Shown here piece after piece: positions 58,307 through 64,000 of a stretch of DNA of 64,000 nucleotides (the first letter of the stretch is position 1; each line of letters opens with the position of its first letter). The translations under genes were made by a program, and so were the position numbers. Location: assembly GCA_028280405.1 (NCBI GenBank), contig JANQLW010000032.1:9816-73815 (forward strand), in the 5' to 3' direction. The notes under the pieces were generated by a model. The model worked only from the letters and a program-made list of their open reading frames with translations. It searched no databases and was not told the DNA's origin. Origin of the DNA: Bacteroidales bacterium (GTDB lineage: Bacteria; Bacteroidota; Bacteroidia; Bacteroidales; GCA-2711565).

Positions 58307-59749
58307 TTAGCTCTTCACTTTTTGTTTGATAAAGTTGAATAGAAGCCTAACTCCAATGCCTGTCCCTCCTTGTGGCCTGTAATGACTTTTCTTATTAAGA
58401 AATGCAGGGCCGGCAATATCCAGATGGATAAATGGATAATCCGTAAAGTGAGCCAGGAATTTTCCAGCTGTAATAGCTCCTCCTAATGAACTTCCGAGGT
58501 TTTTAATATCGGCAACAGGTGACTTGATTTCTTCTCCGTATTCATCCCAGAAGGGGAATACGGCTAAACGTTCATAACTTTTTTCTCCGGCTTCTTTAAG
58601 AAGGCTGAATTCTTTAATGTCATCATCACCCATAGCAACTATACCATAAGTTCCGATTGCTCTATGGGCTGCACCGGTCAATGTTGCAAGATCAATTACC
58701 AGTTCAGGGTCGTATTGCTTTGCATAGACAAGGGCATCAGCTAAAATCAAACGGCCTTCGGCATCCGTATTTTTTATTTCAACCGTTGTTCCGTCATACA
58801 TTGTAATGATATCATCCGGTACATGAGCATTTCCATCAGGGCGATTATCCGTTGCCGGAATTAATCCAATAACGTAAACAGGTAACTCAGCTTTTGCTAT
58901 AGAATATAAAGCTCCGGCTACTGCTGCACCACCTGCCATATCACTCTTCATATCATTCATGAATTCACCGGTTTTTAAGTTTAAGCCCCCGGTATCAAAT
59001 ACTACACCTTTGCCAACAAAAATATATGGCTTTTCATTGATTGCGTTTTCCGGCTTCCATTCTATGATTGAAAAAGTTGGCGGATCAATGCTCCCTTTGT
59101 TTACTGCAAGTAAACCACCCATTTTTAAGCTCTGTATTTGTTTTTTGTTCAGGATTTCAACTTTTGCTTTAGTTTCTGAAAATAATGAGGTAATCTCTTC
59201 AGATAATTTTTCAGCATTTAAATAGACTACAGGTTCATTAACAAAGCTGCGTGCAGCATTGGTTCCTTTAATTAATGCATTTAAAGCATCAATTTCTGTA
59301 TCAGCTATATCATTACTCAATAAAGAAATTTCCTTAATGCTGAATTTTTTCTTGTCCAGATCCTTTGTAAAGTACTTGTCAAATTGGTAATTGGCCAGTC
59401 CCATACCTTCAGTAATTGCTAATGTAATATCTTTTTGTTCCGTATTGTCAATTACAACTAACTGTTTTAGTTTTTGTTCATTAGCCAGCTCAATCACTTT
59501 TGTTCCACTTTGACGGGCTTTCTCCAATTTTTTGCTTTCAGTTTTTTCTTCATTCAGATGAATAATAAATATCCACTTCGGATAATGATTTAAAGCAATA
59601 ACTTCTTTTTTTTCTTCAATTTGTTTTTTGATAAAGCCAAGTTCATTTTTGGGGACAAAAGTTTCCGGAATGTCCTTTATATTATTAATGATAAGTACAA
59701 GATTGTCACTTTCCTTATGCAAATCTATTTTAGTGATGAATGTATTCAT
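58307..59749 (-). CDS. pepA: Leucyl aminopeptidase (M17)
   Basis: M17 signature NTDAEGRLILADAL and the metal-ligand region VGKGVVFDTGG. Confidence 0.85.
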   Translation of the reverse strand: MNTFITKIDLHKESDNLVLIINNIKDIPETFVPKNELGFIKKQIEEKKEVIALNHYPKWIFIIHLNEEKTESKKLEKARQSGTKVIELANEQKLKQLVVIDNTEQKDITLAITEGMGLANYQFDKYFTKDLDKKKFSIKEISLLSNDIADTEIDALNALIKGTNAARSFVNEPVVYLNAEKLSEEITSLFSETKAKVEILNKKQIQSLKMGGLLAVNKGSIDPPTFSIIEWKPENAINEKPYIFVGKGVVFDTGGLNLKTGEFMNDMKSDMAGGAAVAGALYSIAKAELPVYVIGLIPATDNRPDGNAHVPDDIITMYDGTTVEIKNTDAEGRLILADALVYAKQYDPELVIDLATLTGAAHRAIGTYGIVAMGDDDIKEFSLLKEAGEKSYERLAVFPFWDEYGEEIKSPVADIKNLGSSLGGAITAGKFLAHFTDYPFIHLDIAGPAFLNKKSHYRPQGGTGIGVRLLFNFIKQKVKS

Positions 59750-59953
59750 GATTTATCTGTTTATAAACGGTTCAATAAAATATAATGTTCAGACACAAAT
59801 GTGAACATTATTATAATCTTTGCAAATATCTGATATTTTTTTCTTGAAAATTGAAAACCTGGTTTTGTTTTTAACCGGATGAATAAAAATTGTTCAATAA
59901 TAATGGTTTTATCTTAATGCATTTTATAAATTTACTGACCCAAAACTTAGGAT

Positions 59954-60973
59954 ATGAAAATATTGGTTACAGGTGGTGTAGGGTATATTGGATCTCACAC
60001 CGTTGTTGAATTACAACAAAAAGGGTATGAAGTTATTATCGTTGATAATCTTTCAAATTCAAATATTGGTGTGCTTGATGCTATTGCTGAAATTACAGAT
60101 ATTAAACCAGCATTTGAAGAATTCGATTTAGTTGATAAAAACCTGACTGAAGATTTCTTTAAACGCCATTCAGATATCAAAGGTATTATTCATTTTGCTG
60201 CTTATAAAGCCGTGGGTGAATCGGTTGCTGAGCCGCTTATGTACTACAGGAATAATCTTTATTCTTTAGTAAATATTTTACAGGGAATGAAGGACAATAA
60301 TATAGAAAACCTGGTGTTTTCATCCAGTTGTACGGTTTATGGACAGCCTGAAGAATTACCGGTGACTGAAAATGCACCTGTTCAAAAAGCAGAGTCTCCT
60401 TATGGAAATACCAAGCAAATTTCTGAAGAAGTGATTTTGGATACCGTGAAATCTACAGATATAAAAGGGATTGCCCTTAGGTATTTTAATCCGATAGGAG
60501 CACATGAAAGCGCTATTATTGGTGAACTGCCTTTAGGTATTCCGAATAATTTAATGCCATTTATTACACAAACTGCGATAGGAATACGTGAACAATTAAG
60601 TGTATTTGGTGATGATTATAATACACCTGATGGGACTGCTATACGCGATTATATCCATGTAGTTGATTTAGCTAAAGCTCATGTTATTGCCGTAGAGCGC
60701 ATGGTTAACAAGAAAATGAAAAAGAGTTTTGAATACTTTAATTTGGGTACCGGAAACGGGTATTCAGTATTGGAAGTAATTAAATCGTTTGAAAGAGTAA
60801 CAGAACAGAAACTTAACTATAAAATCGTTGGCAGAAGGGCAGGCGATGTTGAACAAGTTTGGGCAGATACCAATTTTGCTAATGATGAGTTAGGCTGGAA
60901 AGCAGAACAATCTTTAGATAAAATGACTTTATCTGCATGGAAATGGGAACAAAAATTAGCGAGTAATAAATAA
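59954..60973 (+). CDS. galE: UDP-glucose 4-epimerase
   Basis: Rossmann motif GGVGYIGSH and the SDR catalytic motif YGNTK. Confidence 0.9.
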   Translation: MKILVTGGVGYIGSHTVVELQQKGYEVIIVDNLSNSNIGVLDAIAEITDIKPAFEEFDLVDKNLTEDFFKRHSDIKGIIHFAAYKAVGESVAEPLMYYRNNLYSLVNILQGMKDNNIENLVFSSSCTVYGQPEELPVTENAPVQKAESPYGNTKQISEEVILDTVKSTDIKGIALRYFNPIGAHESAIIGELPLGIPNNLMPFITQTAIGIREQLSVFGDDYNTPDGTAIRDYIHVVDLAKAHVIAVERMVNKKMKKSFEYFNLGTGNGYSVLEVIKSFERVTEQKLNYKIVGRRAGDVEQVWADTNFANDELGWKAEQSLDKMTLSAWKWEQKLASNK

Positions 60974-60987
60974 ACAGAAGTTGTAAT

Positions 60988-62040
60988 ATGAAAACAATCT
61001 TGATTACCGGTGGAGCAGGATTTATTGGTTCACACGTTGTACGTCTATTTGTAAATAAATATCCTGATTATAATATTATAAATCTTGATAAGCTTACCTA
61101 TGCAGGAAATTTAGCAAATTTAAAAGATGTGGAGTCTGCCTCTAATTATGAGTTTGTTAAGGGTGATATCGTGGATGGCGATTTTATTCAAAAATTATTT
61201 GAGGAAAAACAATTTGACGGAATAATTCACTTAGCTGCTGAATCTCATGTAGATCGTTCCATTAGCAATCCTATGGAGTTTATTCATACCAATATAGTCG
61301 GTACTGTAAACTTATTAAATGCAGCCCGCCATATTTGGGGTGATCAAATGGAAGGTAAGAGATTTTACCATATTTCCACAGATGAAGTTTATGGTTCATT
61401 AGGTGAAGAAGGATTCTTTACGGAAACTACTGCTTATGATCCTCACAGTCCTTATTCAGCTTCGAAAGCAAGTTCGGATCATCTTGTAAGAGCTTATCAT
61501 GATACTTTCGGTTTACCTACGGTAATTTCAAATTGTTCGAATAATTACGGAGGATATCAGTTTCCTGAAAAATTAATTCCTCTTTTCATTCATAATATCA
61601 GAAACAATAAACCGCTTCCGGTTTATGGTAAAGGTGAAAATGTACGTGACTGGCTATATGTAGAAGATCATGCCAATGCTATTGATTTGATTTACCATAA
61701 AGGAGTTATTGGAGAGACTTATAATATTGGTGGAAATAACGAATGGAAAAACATTGACCTGATCAAGGTGCTTTGTGAGAAAATGGATGTAAAACTGGGA
61801 CGTGAAAAAGGAACTTCTGAAAAATTGATCACTTATGTGAAGGATAGAGCCGGACATGATTTACGTTATGCTATTGATTCGTCCAAAATTCAAAAAGAAT
61901 TAGGATGGGAACCATCCCTTCAATTTGAAGAAGGTATTGAAATAACCATCAACTGGTATGTGGAGAACCAGGATTGGCTGGATAATGTTACCTCTGGAGA
62001 TTATCTTAAATATTACGAAAAACAATACATAGATCGTTAG
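60988..62040 (+). CDS. rfbB: dTDP-glucose 4,6-dehydratase
   Basis: GGAGFIGSH, STDEVYG and YSASK. Confidence 0.9.
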   Translation: MKTILITGGAGFIGSHVVRLFVNKYPDYNIINLDKLTYAGNLANLKDVESASNYEFVKGDIVDGDFIQKLFEEKQFDGIIHLAAESHVDRSISNPMEFIHTNIVGTVNLLNAARHIWGDQMEGKRFYHISTDEVYGSLGEEGFFTETTAYDPHSPYSASKASSDHLVRAYHDTFGLPTVISNCSNNYGGYQFPEKLIPLFIHNIRNNKPLPVYGKGENVRDWLYVEDHANAIDLIYHKGVIGETYNIGGNNEWKNIDLIKVLCEKMDVKLGREKGTSEKLITYVKDRAGHDLRYAIDSSKIQKELGWEPSLQFEEGIEITINWYVENQDWLDNVTSGDYLKYYEKQYIDR

Positions 62041-62145
62041 TTTCCTGAAAAATCAGATTACACTGGTTTAACTGATATTCGCAGATAATTGGAGTGATCA
62101 GTTTTATTATGCTATTACTTTTTTATAAATTGATATAGCTAGAAA

Positions 62146-63399
62146 TTATCGTCTTCCATTATTTGCATTGCTACCATGAAAGCGCGGGGATCCGGCATTA
62201 TGTAACAGCCCTCCCGCATCCGTTGGAAACCCGAATACATAGCCTTTTTCATCTTCACCAGGCATGCATCCTACATAAACTACACCGCTTGCGGAAATGG
62301 CCGGGGAACTCCATGTTATGTCCGAGGCCAATTGTTTTGACCAGATAATATCTCCCGTAGCCATATCGATGGCATGAAAACGTTTTCCATCAATATATTC
62401 CGATCCAATATAAAGAACCCTATTATTTCCCAGGGCAGGTGAACAATATAGATCAGCACCCATAGGATTGCTCCAAAGTAAGCCTGTACCGTCTGATTTA
62501 ATAGCATATAAAACACTCTTCTCATTGGCTTTAGTGCCGATATAAACATTTCCCAAATCATCAATTGCCGGAGTTGCACGAAATCCTCCCTGAGCTCCCT
62601 GAGGCGTATAATTCCAAATTTCGTTGCCAGTAGCAGTTTCAAAACAATGAATACTTAGCCCTCGGGGTGCATACACCTTAGAATAATCATATGAGAAAGC
62701 ACAACTTCCACTTGATTCATTCCAGTCTTCTTTACTCCAACGTTCGGTGCCATCCGGAGCCAAGGAAACAACCGAGCTAAGATTCCCGAAATAAATATTT
62801 CCATTATCATCAATAATAGGAGCATTCATACAATTCATTTTTGAACTGCCAGCAGCAGGATATTCCCACTGAAGATTGCCATCACTGTCAAATGCATATA
62901 ATTTATCACCTCCAACGTAAATCTTATTGTCGACCGAAATTGCAGGTGTTAGCATTCCAATATCAGGTACATCTCCAACACCCATAACTTTTTGCTTCCA
63001 GCGTAAACTAAGCCCGTCTCCTGTAATGGAATATAAATAAAGTTCTGAATTACTCATGTCATTTGCAGCGCGGTTTTCCTGAACAACAAAATAAATATTG
63101 CCTTGTGAATCAAGGGCAGCAGACCCCCTTACTTCTTTTGTCCCAAGAGCGTACTCCCAAACTTTATTTAAATCAGCATCCAATTTGAACATAAAATTAG
63201 CATTGCGGGGTGCTTCAAATAGTTTGTGAGAAGTTCCGATGAAAAGGGCATTATTAACTATAGTAGGCGGATTATAATAGTATCCGCATAAATCCTGGCT
63301 GAAAGTTTTGTCGTTATTTCCAAGATCATTATTCTCTTTACTACAAGAAATTAGTAGAACGAATAATACGATAATAAAAGAACTCAGTGGTTTTTTCAT
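62146..63399 (-). CDS. PQQ-like beta-propeller repeat lipoprotein
   Basis: Lipobox LLISCSKE. Repeated blades of the type G..Y.....G.L.A....G...W. Confidence 0.6.
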   Translation of the reverse strand: MKKPLSSFIIVLFVLLISCSKENNDLGNNDKTFSQDLCGYYYNPPTIVNNALFIGTSHKLFEAPRNANFMFKLDADLNKVWEYALGTKEVRGSAALDSQGNIYFVVQENRAANDMSNSELYLYSITGDGLSLRWKQKVMGVGDVPDIGMLTPAISVDNKIYVGGDKLYAFDSDGNLQWEYPAAGSSKMNCMNAPIIDDNGNIYFGNLSSVVSLAPDGTERWSKEDWNESSGSCAFSYDYSKVYAPRGLSIHCFETATGNEIWNYTPQGAQGGFRATPAIDDLGNVYIGTKANEKSVLYAIKSDGTGLLWSNPMGADLYCSPALGNNRVLYIGSEYIDGKRFHAIDMATGDIIWSKQLASDITWSSPAISASGVVYVGCMPGEDEKGYVFGFPTDAGGLLHNAGSPRFHGSNANNGRR

Positions 63400-63589
63400 A
63401 GCTTATCGTTTTAAAATTAGGTTATCTAAATATAAGCTTAATTTCTTTTATATTAGTTGTTTAGTATAAAAGAATGAAAATTGGCCTCAATAATCAGTCT
63501 TAATCAGTTACATCTGTGTTATCAGTGTTCCATAAAAAGTAAATAGAATACTGATATCACTGATTTCCCCCAATAATTAAATAAAAATC

Positions 63590-64000
63590 TTATAAATTCA
63601 AAATAATCAATTTCCCGGCATTCTTAAAAATTTCCAAAATTCGTTTATCATTCCTTTTATCGGATATGCTTTGATTTTCTAATAGTCCAGGATAACCCAG
63701 TTTTACATACAACTCATTTTTGATCTTTAGCGATAACGGATCTGCGGTTATCCAATCACAACTCAAAGATGAATAAAGCGGCCAGAAATAGGCGCTGTAA
63801 ATAATTTCATTATTAGCTACAACTGCAAAAGCTACTCCAAAAACTGAGTGCTGTAAATTTTGAATTGCTGTACTGCCTTTTTCAGATAATTTAAAGGTAT
63901 AAGTGCTGGGTGTATAAGAAAGAATATCTTCGAATTCTACTAAGGGTGTATTTTTAAGTACAATGCCCGATTCCTTAATCTGAAGTGTATTCTCGACTTT
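63590..64000 (-). CDS. Hypothetical protein, C-terminal part (5' end lies outside the window)
   Basis: My own translation of the minus strand is open from 64000 to the TAA at 63590-63592 (...NNEIIYSAYFWPLYSSLSCDWITADP...). It is not in the ORF track because it runs off the window edge. Confidence 0.4.
   Translation of the reverse strand, partial: KVENTLQIKESGIVLKNTPLVEFEDILSYTPSTYTFKLSEKGSTAIQNLQHSVFGVAFAVVANNEIIYSAYFWPLYSSLSCDWITADPLSLKIKNELYVKLGYPGLLENQSISDKRNDKRILEIFKNAGKLIILNL

Overview
This is an AT-rich, Bacteroidota-type chromosomal segment with SusC/SusD pairs, ECF sigma/FecR pairs and many lipoproteins. Housekeeping genes are methylmalonyl-CoA mutase small and large subunits, glutamine synthetase, a MurF-Alr fusion, PdxA, M17 aminopeptidase, GalE and RfbB. 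Between them sit accessory modules. (1) An XRE/S24 LexA-like repressor lies divergent from a radical-SAM/DUF4130 DNA-repair pair. (2) Two paralogous ECF-sigma/FecR/SusC(STN)/SusD loci carry thioredoxin-fold proteins instead of glycoside hydrolases. (3) A REP-associated tyrosine transposase is bracketed by REP hairpin clusters. (4) A decayed sigma/FecR pair is disrupted by an insertion carrying a DUF4143-type AAA ATPase. (5) Peptide-catabolism genes include two DPP-IV peptidases and a YfcC-type carrier. The main finding is three ORF pairs, each split by one in-frame TGA. Two TGAs fall exactly at the first Cys of a thioredoxin CxxC motif, giving UxxC. The third lies inside an FG-GAP repeat protein with a DsbD-alpha-like C-terminus. 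I read these as candidate selenoproteins forming an extracytoplasmic selenol/thiol redox module attached to a sigma/anti-sigma-controlled SusC/SusD locus. None of the 44 CDS ends in the window uses TGA as a stop. No rRNA, tRNA or CRISPR array was recognised.
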